NCBI GenBank assembly: GCA_937935355.1
Contig: CALGYR010000091.1
Span: 2,131-66,130 of the forward strand
DNA length: 64,000 nt
Reading direction: 5' to 3'
Origin: an uncultured bacterium
GTDB lineage: Bacteria; Planctomycetota; SZUA-567; JAKLDR01
In this document: positions 45,132-53,349 of the stretch, in pieces
How the letters are laid out: every line of letters starts with the position of its first letter
Position numbering within the stretch: the first letter of the stretch is position 1
The notes under the pieces: model-generated
Seen by the model: the letters and a program-made list of their open reading frames with translations, nothing else
Told to the model about the DNA's origin: nothing
Databases searched by the model: none
Made by a program: the position numbers and the translations under genes

Positions 45132-46442
45132 ATGCGTGTGTCGGCAATTCTCGTCCCGATCATGATCATATGCATCGCGGGGACTGCACGCGGTGGCGAT
45201 GCAGGCTCCTTGGAAGATACAACGGTGCTTGCGGCGGATACTGCTATACGGCTGACCGAGCTGAAAAAGCAACTGACCGACGAGAACCAACAGAAGCGCC
45301 TCCTAGCCATTACCCACTTGAAGCTCATGGGCAAGGCGGGAGCACGCGCTATTATCGAAGCCATCGAACATGCTGATCCCCAAGTGAGGGACAAAGCGAT
45401 TACCAGCATCGATGCCTCTTGGGGCGAAGCTGTACCGGCTCTCATCAAGGCAACAAACGATCCGGATGCTACAGTCCGCGCATCTGCATATGGCGCGATG
45501 GCAAGAATCAGGCCGCGTCCAAGAGAGGCCGTCGGTTTGCTGACCAAGGCGCTACAGGACAAGGACGCCGGGGTGCGCCTGACAGCAGCCAGGGTCCTGT
45601 ACTATTGCGACCCAGAGAATGCTACGGCGGTGCCAGCGCTCACAGATGCGCTTGCTGATGCTGATCGCTATGTGCGTTACGAATCGGCACGCACATTAGG
45701 GAGTATCGGTCCAGCAGCAAGGGCGGCCATTCCTGCACTGCTGAAGATCGCCAAGAACCAAGGTGACCACGCGCGGGAAGCTGCACTCTGGGCGCTGGCG
45801 GGGATCTCACCAGAATCCAAAGATGTCCTCGGCGTACTCACGGATGGCCTGCAAGATCACGATCCCTGCATTCGCACCTGTGCAGCTGCAAGCGTTGGCC
45901 GAATGGGACCGCGGGCGAAAGAAGCAGTTGATCTATTGCTTGAGCGGCTCAGTGATGAAGATGCTACAGTATGCGCAACAATCGCCGGGACGCTGAAGGC
46001 CATAGGCACAGAATCAGAACGCAAGGCGACCACGGTTCTAAAGGGATTAATGGTGGACAAGAATGTCTCTGTTCGGGTCAACGCGGCCTATGCTCTGTGG
46101 TCCATCACGAAAGAGGCAGAGCCATCGGTTGATGCGCTCATCCGCGCACTGGACACTGGAGATGCCAGTGTCCGCGCGGCCCAAGTACTGTCGCTCATGG
46201 GCGCTGATGCCAAGAAGGCTGTGCCGGCGCTGACCAAAAAGCTGAGAGTTGGTAACCCGGTGATGCAGCAGAATGTGGCGCGCGCTCTGGGTGAGATCGG
46301 ATTTGCTGCCAAGACAGCCATCCCTGATCTAAGGGTAGTTGCCCAGAATGCTGATGATAAGGATGCGGAAGTCCGAAGTGCTGCCTTTTGTGCAAGTTCG
46401 GCTATTTCTAGAATCGAGAGCTCGCGTGCAGACGGCAAGTAA
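45132..46442 (+). CDS. Putative immunity 2: exported HEAT-repeat protein
   Basis: GGAGA then ATG; signal MRVSAILVPIMIICIAGTARG; about ten HEAT repeats (VRxxAAxxLGxIGPAA). Confidence 0.82.
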   Translation: MRVSAILVPIMIICIAGTARGGDAGSLEDTTVLAADTAIRLTELKKQLTDENQQKRLLAITHLKLMGKAGARAIIEAIEHADPQVRDKAITSIDASWGEAVPALIKATNDPDATVRASAYGAMARIRPRPREAVGLLTKALQDKDAGVRLTAARVLYYCDPENATAVPALTDALADADRYVRYESARTLGSIGPAARAAIPALLKIAKNQGDHAREAALWALAGISPESKDVLGVLTDGLQDHDPCIRTCAAASVGRMGPRAKEAVDLLLERLSDEDATVCATIAGTLKAIGTESERKATTVLKGLMVDKNVSVRVNAAYALWSITKEAEPSVDALIRALDTGDASVRAAQVLSLMGADAKKAVPALTKKLRVGNPVMQQNVARALGEIGFAAKTAIPDLRVVAQNADDKDAEVRSAAFCASSAISRIESSRADGK

Positions 46443-46458
46443 CCGTACAGATTGAGCG

Positions 46459-46650
46459 CTAGGCGATGGTAATATCGACCTCATGTGTCGTAATCCGTCG
46501 TCCACAATATCTACACTCGCGCCTCCGACGAATCCGCCCACCAGCCACCGGCCGTGTGTAAAGAACATGGAAATGCCTACATCCGCAGCGCGGACACTCC
46601 AGCCCCCGTTTCTCCTCAGGCTTCTCGGTCATGCCCGGCTCGCCAGTCAT
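46459..46650 (-). CDS. Small Zn-ribbon protein (NrdR-N/Ogr-like)
   Basis: ATGA overlap with the terminase stop; CPRC...IRRRRECRYC. Confidence 0.75.
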   Translation of the reverse strand: MTGEPGMTEKPEEKRGLECPRCGCRHFHVLYTRPVAGGRIRRRRECRYCGRRITTHEVDITIA

Positions 46651-48911
46651 CGTCTGCCTCGCTGCAGGGTTGACAGCTTCACCCGCTCGCGCCGGACGGT
46701 CTCCCGAACATCGGTGCCTGGCAGTACCGATCCCTGGACCGACGCGGCCACGGCGCAGCCCACCAGACAGTCGAGCCAGTGGTTCTCTACGGCCTCGGGC
46801 CGCATCTTCCATTCATCCACGACCCGCCCGCGGCCCTCGGTCTTGACCCGGTACTCCGCCGTCAGGTGCTCGGCCATCAACCGGTGCACTTCAGGGTCTC
46901 GGCCGTAGATCGACAGGCAGCCCTTGTCGCCCATCGGCACGGCCAGCCGGGCGTGGATGAAGGTCTTCCAGTAGTTGGAGTCGAAAACCACGTGCCGCAC
47001 CGCCCGCCGGCCCTGGACGTTGGGGATGCGCCAGTTGAGACCGACGCGGTCGCCGCGCTTCCGGCGGTACTCGCTGAACGGGATCGACGAGGCCCCCACG
47101 AACCGTCCGTGGCTGGGCAGCAGCACCGCCGCGTGTGTGCTCTGCCGGCAGAATTGGTAGACCACGTCGGTGGACGTGCCCCAGTTGGCATCCACTAGGC
47201 ACCGCTCGATCTTCAGATGGGCCCCGTCATCCCGTTTCCACTCCCGGCCGAGCAGTTCCCCGGCCAGGGTCTCCAGGCCGGCGTAGATCGCGCCCTCTAG
47301 CCCGGCGCCCTTCGCCGCCCACTGCAGCGTCCGCTGGGCGTCCCGGAGCGTGAAGTACGGCCGACGCTGGTCCGGATAGGCTCCGTATTCGAGGACGTAG
47401 CCTGTGAAGTCGTCCTCCCAGGCCACCACCGCGAAGAAGAGCAGCTTGCCCTGGACGTCCACGAAGGCGGTCAGACGGCTGGCGCCGATGGGCACCTCGG
47501 CGCGCTTCATACCGTTCGTCTTTTGGGCGATCTGGTCGGCGGTGAGCAGCCCCTCGTCCTCGGCGGCCTTTTCCGGCAACGGCTCGTTCTGGTACTCCGC
47601 GAAGAAGGCGGCCTCATCCTGGAGCTTGAGGTTCATGGCGTGCTGGACGGCGCTGGTCTCGTCGTAGTTGAACCGCTCCGGCCAGGCGACCACCGCGCCC
47701 TCGTCGAGGGCGGCCTGGTTGGCCTCGTAGAACGCCGTCGCCTCGCGCAGGTCGCCGTGGACCCGTAGGCTTTCGGCACGGACCTCCGCGTACCTGGCCC
47801 ATAACTTCTCGTTGGCCGGGAACGAATAGACCATCTTCGTCCGCTCGCCGTTCCACTCCGGGTGCTTTTCTCGGTCGAGGATGTTGTCGGCCATGTCGCC
47901 CGGGCGGATCACCGTGCAGGGCATGATGCCGGCGATCTTCTTGCCCGGGCCGGCCAGGCCGAGGACCGCACCCGCCAAGATGCGCTCCCGCGTGTTGCAC
48001 TGAGAGAGTGACCGCGCCGACTCGTCGGTCTGGGGGTCGTCGAGCACCACCAGCGTCGGCCGGACCGTGCGGCCATCGGCGCGCTTGTACTTCATGCCCC
48101 GGATACGGCCGGTGATCCCTGCGACCTTGATGATGGCACCCGACGCATTCGAGTCTGGTATGGTCGGCAGGACCACCTCGTTCGCCGTCCAGCCGATGTG
48201 CGTCCGTTCGCCTTTGTAGAGTTGGCCCGAGCAGCGGTTGGCGATCCCGTCGAGGCACCTGATCGGGTAGGCGACCTCGGGGAAGTCGGCCTCCAGGAAG
48301 TCGTTCCCGTCGAGTTCCATCTTGATGCTTTCCAGCATCTCCAGGCCGTGGACCTCGGAGGCGCCGATCAGGCAGACGAAGTCCCGGTGCCCGTAGAGCA
48401 CCGCCCAGAGGCAGGCGCACTCGGCGATGGACGTCTTCCCCGACCCGCGCGGCATGGCCAGGGCGAAGAGGCCCCCGTGAAGCACGGCCTGCTCCACCTT
48501 GGCGATCACCTTCAGGTGGTCGGGCGACCAGGGCAGGTGGAAGGTCTGCGGGAAATACGCCTCGCAGAAGAACCGGAAGTCACCGCCGGCCTTCTCCCTG
48601 CGCTCCAAGTCGACCACGGCCGGCAGCTCGCCGATGTCCCGGCCGGCCTCGGATAGCGCCCGATTCCGAGCCGCGGCAGCCTCCTTGACCGCCTCGTAGT
48701 CCCGGACCTTCTCGACCTTGGGCTTTGCCAGTTCCTCGATCAGCCAGGCCACGTAGCGGAAGAGGTCCACCCGGCGGCCGTCGCCGATCCGGAACCCGGC
48801 GCGCATCCGATGCCGGTAGAGCTGGCGCTCGTCGAGCACCGTGCCGACTGGCGTCGAGTTCAGCAGCCGCGCCAGGTCGGCCGGCTTCAGATTCCGCGGG
48901 TCAATCGCCAC
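46647..48911 (-). CDS. terL: Terminase large subunit (lambda gpA-like)
   Basis: Walker A MPRGSGKT; VVLDDPQTD; nuclease region FVDVQ, CLVDANWG, NHWLDC. Confidence 0.93.
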   Translation of the reverse strand: MAIDPRNLKPADLARLLNSTPVGTVLDERQLYRHRMRAGFRIGDGRRVDLFRYVAWLIEELAKPKVEKVRDYEAVKEAAAARNRALSEAGRDIGELPAVVDLERREKAGGDFRFFCEAYFPQTFHLPWSPDHLKVIAKVEQAVLHGGLFALAMPRGSGKTSIAECACLWAVLYGHRDFVCLIGASEVHGLEMLESIKMELDGNDFLEADFPEVAYPIRCLDGIANRCSGQLYKGERTHIGWTANEVVLPTIPDSNASGAIIKVAGITGRIRGMKYKRADGRTVRPTLVVLDDPQTDESARSLSQCNTRERILAGAVLGLAGPGKKIAGIMPCTVIRPGDMADNILDREKHPEWNGERTKMVYSFPANEKLWARYAEVRAESLRVHGDLREATAFYEANQAALDEGAVVAWPERFNYDETSAVQHAMNLKLQDEAAFFAEYQNEPLPEKAAEDEGLLTADQIAQKTNGMKRAEVPIGASRLTAFVDVQGKLLFFAVVAWEDDFTGYVLEYGAYPDQRRPYFTLRDAQRTLQWAAKGAGLEGAIYAGLETLAGELLGREWKRDDGAHLKIERCLVDANWGTSTDVVYQFCRQSTHAAVLLPSHGRFVGASSIPFSEYRRKRGDRVGLNWRIPNVQGRRAVRHVVFDSNYWKTFIHARLAVPMGDKGCLSIYGRDPEVHRLMAEHLTAEYRVKTEGRGRVVDEWKMRPEAVENHWLDCLVGCAVAASVQGSVLPGTDVRETVRRERVKLSTLQRGRR

Positions 48912-49116
48912 GTTTGGATAGCTCCTTCACCAGCCAGGCGGCGAAGTGGACGAGGTTGACCGTCCCGTCGGCGTTGGTGGGCGCGCCGGCCGCGATATAG
49001 GCCCGTAGCGCCTCCTCCGAAACGTTCCGCACCCCGGCCTTCCGAAGGACCGCCAGGAGGTCCGAAACCGCCAAATGGGCGGCCGTAAGCGGCGCATTAT
49101 GGCCGGATGCGGACAT
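48901..49116 (-). CDS. Terminase small subunit-like HTH protein
   Basis: GAPTNADGTVNLVHFAAWL; overlaps the terL start. Confidence 0.7.
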   Translation of the reverse strand: MSASGHNAPLTAAHLAVSDLLAVLRKAGVRNVSEEALRAYIAAGAPTNADGTVNLVHFAAWLVKELSKRGD

Positions 49117-49234
49117 GCGGATTCTCTCCGATTACTGGCGAATTCCCTTGATGTTTGCGCATGGTCATGGCAATGATGTGTGTGACGATACCAAGAGCGC
49201 ATTGGGCGCCTGGAAAGAACGGAGGAGGAGAACG

Positions 49235-49513
49235 ATGGACGCCAAGACCGCGAAGAAGAACGAACGCCGCGACCTGGAACGCCTGGCCCAGGCCATCGCC
49301 CGGTGGGAACGCCAGGGCGAGGAATGGGCCGCCGAAGGCGACGCCGAGATGGCCCGGGTCCACGCCAAGGACGCCGCCGACCTGCGCAAGGTCGCCGAGG
49401 CGGTCAAGAACGGCGACTACGCCATCGCCCGGGCGCGGGTCCAGCGGCTCGACACCATCGTGCGCGGCCAGGTGCCCTGCCGCCTCTACAACCGGCTCTT
49501 CGACCTCGGCTGA
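49235..49513 (+). CDS. Small hypothetical protein
   Basis: GGAGGAGGAG RBS; helical. Confidence 0.7.
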   Translation: MDAKTAKKNERRDLERLAQAIARWERQGEEWAAEGDAEMARVHAKDAADLRKVAEAVKNGDYAIARARVQRLDTIVRGQVPCRLYNRLFDLG

Positions 49514-49534
49514 CGGAACGGAAAGGACGCGACC

Positions 49535-49912
49535 ATGAAGACCGCCAAGAACGACCAGGCCCTGCCCCGCTTCATCCACCTGAAGCGGGCCTGGTACGCC
49601 GACGCCAACCTTCCGCACCTGCGGAAGGACGGCATCGTCGACCAGGTGACCTTCGGGCTCTACTTCGCCGACGGCGGCTGCTCCGGCGAGATGTGCATGA
49701 GCTGGCATTGGCTGGTCGGCAACGAGGACGGCGTCGCCCGGCTCGAAGCCTTCTCCGACAGCTTCGCAACCCTCGGCCGGCCGGAATTCAAGCGGCTGCT
49801 CGGCCGGCTGGCCAAGATGCCCAAAGACGCCGCCGACCGGATGGACCCGGCCCGGTTCTGCGCGCTCCTCGCGGAGTGCGGATTCACCGACGCCACCCCG
49901 GTCAAGCAGTAA
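49535..49912 (+). CDS. Small hypothetical protein
   Basis: GGAAAGGA RBS; codon-biased. Confidence 0.7.
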   Translation: MKTAKNDQALPRFIHLKRAWYADANLPHLRKDGIVDQVTFGLYFADGGCSGEMCMSWHWLVGNEDGVARLEAFSDSFATLGRPEFKRLLGRLAKMPKDAADRMDPARFCALLAECGFTDATPVKQ

Positions 49913-49924
49913 AGGAGGTCGACC

Positions 49925-50476
49925 ATGAAGAAACACACCATTGAACGCCAGGCCGCGACGGAGGCCGCCGCCAAGGCGGCCTCCGCACCCGGCCGCGTGA
50001 CCATCCTGCTCCAGGGCCGGCGCGTCGAGGTCTCCAAAGCCGACGCCGACCGGATGGCCGAGACCGGCATCCGGTTCGCCTACCTCTGCAAGAAGGGCCA
50101 CCTGACCATGACGGTGCCGGTGAACGACGACCGGAGCGACCTCGCCGAGGTCGCCGACGAGCTGCTCCTGGCCGCCTACGGCGCGGCCAACCAGCTGCCC
50201 GGCGGCAACCGCTACCGCGCTCAATGCGTGGCCGCCTGTGAGAAGGTCAAGACGGTCCTCGGCCGCCGCGACGCCGCCGAGCGTGCCAAAGGCGAACCGA
50301 TGGCCGGCGTAACGGCCCAGCCGCTCCAGACCAAGGGCATCTGTCAGATGCACCGGGACGGCCACATTTGCGGCCGGCTCGGCCAGCCGGCCAACCTCTG
50401 GCGCGTCACCTGGGGCGACGGCGTGGCGATGGACCTCTGCACCATCTGCATGGCCTCGCTGGTCTTCGAGGAGTAA
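49925..50476 (+). CDS. Hypothetical protein with a C-terminal Cys cluster
   Basis: AAAGGAGG RBS; CQMH...C, CTIC. Confidence 0.65.
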   Translation: MKKHTIERQAATEAAAKAASAPGRVTILLQGRRVEVSKADADRMAETGIRFAYLCKKGHLTMTVPVNDDRSDLAEVADELLLAAYGAANQLPGGNRYRAQCVAACEKVKTVLGRRDAAERAKGEPMAGVTAQPLQTKGICQMHRDGHICGRLGQPANLWRVTWGDGVAMDLCTICMASLVFEE

Positions 50477-50479
50477 CCG

Positions 50480-50773
50480 ATGGAACTGCGCGAATTCACC
50501 CGTCACGACTTCGACGCTTTCGGCGGCGCCGAGCGCTGGCCGGACGCCGAACCCCTCATCGCCGACGGCGCCTTCGCCAACGGCATGGGCTGGGTCCTGG
50601 TGCTGGACCGCCAGGGCGCCTGCCTGGTGTGCGACGACGACCAGAGCGCCTTTGGCGGCTACGCCATCGCCCGGCCGTTCCTCTCGCCGGCCGATGCGCG
50701 CGCCTTCGCCGCGACCCTGGGCGAGCCCAAGACGCGCGGCGAGTTCTTCCTGGCCGGCTTCACGCCGATCTAG
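50480..50773 (+). CDS. Small hypothetical protein
   Basis: GAGGAG RBS; codon-biased. Confidence 0.65.
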   Translation: MELREFTRHDFDAFGGAERWPDAEPLIADGAFANGMGWVLVLDRQGACLVCDDDQSAFGGYAIARPFLSPADARAFAATLGEPKTRGEFFLAGFTPI

Positions 50774-50833
50774 GAAATCACACGGATTGAACCGCGGCCT
50801 GTCGCCGCGGACGGGAAAGGAAGGAGACGAGAC

Positions 50834-51166
50834 ATGTCGAGCAGCAAGAAGAACGCCAAGACCAAGGGCCACGCCAAGAAGTCCAAGGCAGCGAAGCCGG
50901 AGGCGGCGGCTGCGCCGGCCACGGCGAAGCCGGCCGGCGACGGCCGGATGTCCGGTCTCGATGCGGCGGCCAAGGTGCTGGCCGAGGCCAAGGAGCCCAT
51001 GAACGCCAAGGCCATCGTCGAGGCGATGCTGGCCAAGGGGCTCTGGAAGACCGACGGCAAGACGCCTGCGGCCACCATCTACTCGGCCATGTTCCGGGAG
51101 ATTCGCCAGAAGGGCGACGCCGCCCGGTTCAAGATGGTCGAGCGGGGCAAGTTCACCGCGAAGTAG
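50834..51166 (+). CDS. HARE-type winged-helix protein with a Lys/Ala-rich N-terminus
   Basis: [17 protein letters not shown]...[16 protein letters not shown]...RGKF. Confidence 0.8.
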   Translation: MSSSKKNAKTKGHAKKSKAAKPEAAAAPATAKPAGDGRMSGLDAAAKVLAEAKEPMNAKAIVEAMLAKGLWKTDGKTPAATIYSAMFREIRQKGDAARFKMVERGKFTAK

Positions 51167-51168
51167 CA

Positions 51169-52527
51169 CTAGCCCACCTCCCCCGGAGCCACCCCGGCCG
51201 CCACGGCTGGGGTGGTCTCAGTCATGGCAATCCGCTCGGCCTTCTTCCCGGTGAACTCCTCCCAACGCTTCACGATGACATCGCAATAGAGGGCGTCGAT
51301 CTCCACCAGGAACGCCTTCCGGCCGGTCTTCTCTGCGGCGATGAGCGTGGAGCCCGAGCCGCCGAAGAGGTCGAGCACGTTCTGCCCGGGCAGCGACGAG
51401 TACTGCATCGCCCGCGCGGCAAGCTCCACCGGCTTCTCGGTCAGGTGCACCATCGATTGCGGGTTGACCTTCTTCACCGCCCAGATGTCGGGCACATTGT
51501 TGGGCCCGTAGAAGTTGTGGCCAGCGCCCTCCCGCCAACCATAGAAGCAGATCTCATGCGCACCCATGAAGTCCTTGCGGGTCAGCACCGGGTGCTGCTT
51601 GTCCCAGACGATGCACTGGCTGAAGTAGAGCTCGGACTTCGCCAGCGGCCCCGGGTAGTTACCGATGTTGGCGTAGCCGCCCCAGATGTAGTATGACCCG
51701 CCGGGCTTGAGCACCCGCGCCGCGTTGCCGAACCAGGCCAGGAGCATCCGCTGGAAGTCCTCGTCGGAGATGAAGTCGTTCTCCAGCGGCCGGTCCTTCG
51801 CCCGCAGTTTCGCATGCGTCGGATGCGCTGTGTTCGGGTTCCTGTGGACGTCCCGGCCCGGGTCGGTGTTGCCGTAGGCCACGAAGGAACTCAGCCCCGC
51901 GGCGATGGCGTTGTTGCTGCGGGGCTCGACCTTCACGTTGTACGGCGGGTCCATGTTGACCAGGTCGATGACCGTTCCGCCGAGCAGCCGGTCCACGTCC
52001 TCGGCCTTGCTCGAGTCGCCGCAGAGCAGCCGGTGGTCGCCGAGCACCCACAGATCGCCCGGCCGGGTCACCGGCTCGTCCGGCGGCTCGGGGATCGCGT
52101 CCGGATCGGTCAGCCCCTCGTTGCCGTGGATGCCGGCGCCGAGCAGCTTCTCCAGGTCCTCCGGCGCGAAACCGAGCATGCCCAGATCCACGTCCATGCC
52201 CCGCAGCTCGGAAAGCTCGATGGGCAGGAGGTCCAGGTCCCACTCGGCCAGCTCGGCGATCTTGTTGTCGGCGATACGGTAGGCCTTGGCCTTCTCCGGG
52301 CTCAGCCCCTCAGCCACGTGGACCGGGACCTCGGCCAGGCTCAGCACCTTCGCCGCCTTCCAGCGCGTGTGCCCGACGATGATCACGCCCGCCTCGTCAA
52401 CCACGATGGGCTGCCGGAAGCCGAACTCCCGGATGCTCCGGGCCACGGCCTCCACCGCCGCATCGTTATCGCGCGGGTTCTGCTCGTAGGGCTTGACCTC
52501 GTCTGTCTTGCGCATCTCGATCTTCAC
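51169..52527 (-). CDS. ParB-N domain fused to an N6-adenine/N4-cytosine DNA methyltransferase
   Basis: PYEQNPRDND...GFRQPIVVD...GHTR; DPPY; HLTEKPVEL; LDLFGGSGSTLIA. Confidence 0.92.
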   Translation of the reverse strand: MKIEMRKTDEVKPYEQNPRDNDAAVEAVARSIREFGFRQPIVVDEAGVIIVGHTRWKAAKVLSLAEVPVHVAEGLSPEKAKAYRIADNKIAELAEWDLDLLPIELSELRGMDVDLGMLGFAPEDLEKLLGAGIHGNEGLTDPDAIPEPPDEPVTRPGDLWVLGDHRLLCGDSSKAEDVDRLLGGTVIDLVNMDPPYNVKVEPRSNNAIAAGLSSFVAYGNTDPGRDVHRNPNTAHPTHAKLRAKDRPLENDFISDEDFQRMLLAWFGNAARVLKPGGSYYIWGGYANIGNYPGPLAKSELYFSQCIVWDKQHPVLTRKDFMGAHEICFYGWREGAGHNFYGPNNVPDIWAVKKVNPQSMVHLTEKPVELAARAMQYSSLPGQNVLDLFGGSGSTLIAAEKTGRKAFLVEIDALYCDVIVKRWEEFTGKKAERIAMTETTPAVAAGVAPGEVG

Positions 52528-52817
52528 CGCCGCGCCTCCTTCCGCTGCCGGGCCGCCCGGTCCTCGCGCGCGATGAGCAGGAGCACCAGGTAGCCGATCA
52601 GGTCCACGACCTCGTTCTCGCCGAACGCGCCCGGCGCGTTCTTCACGCGGGCGAGCTTGTCGTCCAGCCGCGCTGCGATGTTGGCCTCGGCGTCGCCCCG
52701 GCCGAAGATGTTCAGCGGCTCCAGCGCCGAGTTGCCGTAGGCCCGGTTCTTGGCGACCAGCATGCCGGCGATCTCAGTGCACTTTGTGCGTATGCGGCCC
52801 GCGGTATCCCGTTTCAT
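52524..52817 (-). CDS. DUF1599 / nucleotide-modification-associated domain 1-like protein
   Basis: GGAGGTGA RBS; KNRAYGNS...RLDDKLARV...DLIGY. Confidence 0.72.
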   Translation of the reverse strand: MKRDTAGRIRTKCTEIAGMLVAKNRAYGNSALEPLNIFGRGDAEANIAARLDDKLARVKNAPGAFGENEVVDLIGYLVLLLIAREDRAARQRKEARR

Positions 52818-52970
52818 GGCGTCACCTCCAGGTTCTGGCCCAAGGGTTGGCCGCGGGGCGCGCACAGGCGGCCCACGGGCGAGATTTCGGCCGGATCGCC
52901 GCCTGGCCCGGCCGGGCGGCCAGGGTGCGCCCAGGGCGGCGGAAACCGGACCGGGGAAACAAACTGTGGT

Positions 52971-53025
52971 CAATAGCGCGACCGTTCCGCCGCCCGTCTC
53001 GGCGGCCCGCGGCCAGGGAGGAACC
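52971..53025 (-). other. Candidate lambda-like cos site (cosQ-cosN)
   Basis: GGTTCCT-N23-GGGCGGCGGAAC...CGCTATT versus lambda GGGTCCT-N23-GGGCGGCGACCT...CGCTATT. Confidence 0.6.
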
Positions 53026-53060
53026 GTGCCGGGAACATGCGCTTCGGTTCCGTAGCGCCG

Positions 53061-53349
53061 GCGAACGCGAACAGCGAACGGGTGTCCAAGCGAAATGAAA
53101 AACTACTCGAACCCCTCGCGCGCGGGCCTTCAGGCCCCGCGCGTATAGGGGGGTATGGGGGGATTTCGGACTTGGAGACCCGCATTCTGTTCGCCTCGGC
53201 ATGTAAGCCATTGCGGCAGCGGCGGTTAGCAGGCGAACAGACCCGCGAACTGGACGCGAACAGTTCGCCGCGAACAACCCCCTCAGTTCGCCCCTGTTTG
53301 TTCGCGAACTACCCCTCATTGTTCGCCTCCTTGTTCGCGGTCAGTTCGC
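53061..53349. repeat. GCGAAC/GTTCGC iteron-like array (candidate replication origin)
   Basis: 15 copies in 289 bp, overlapping the primase 3' end. Confidence 0.75.
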
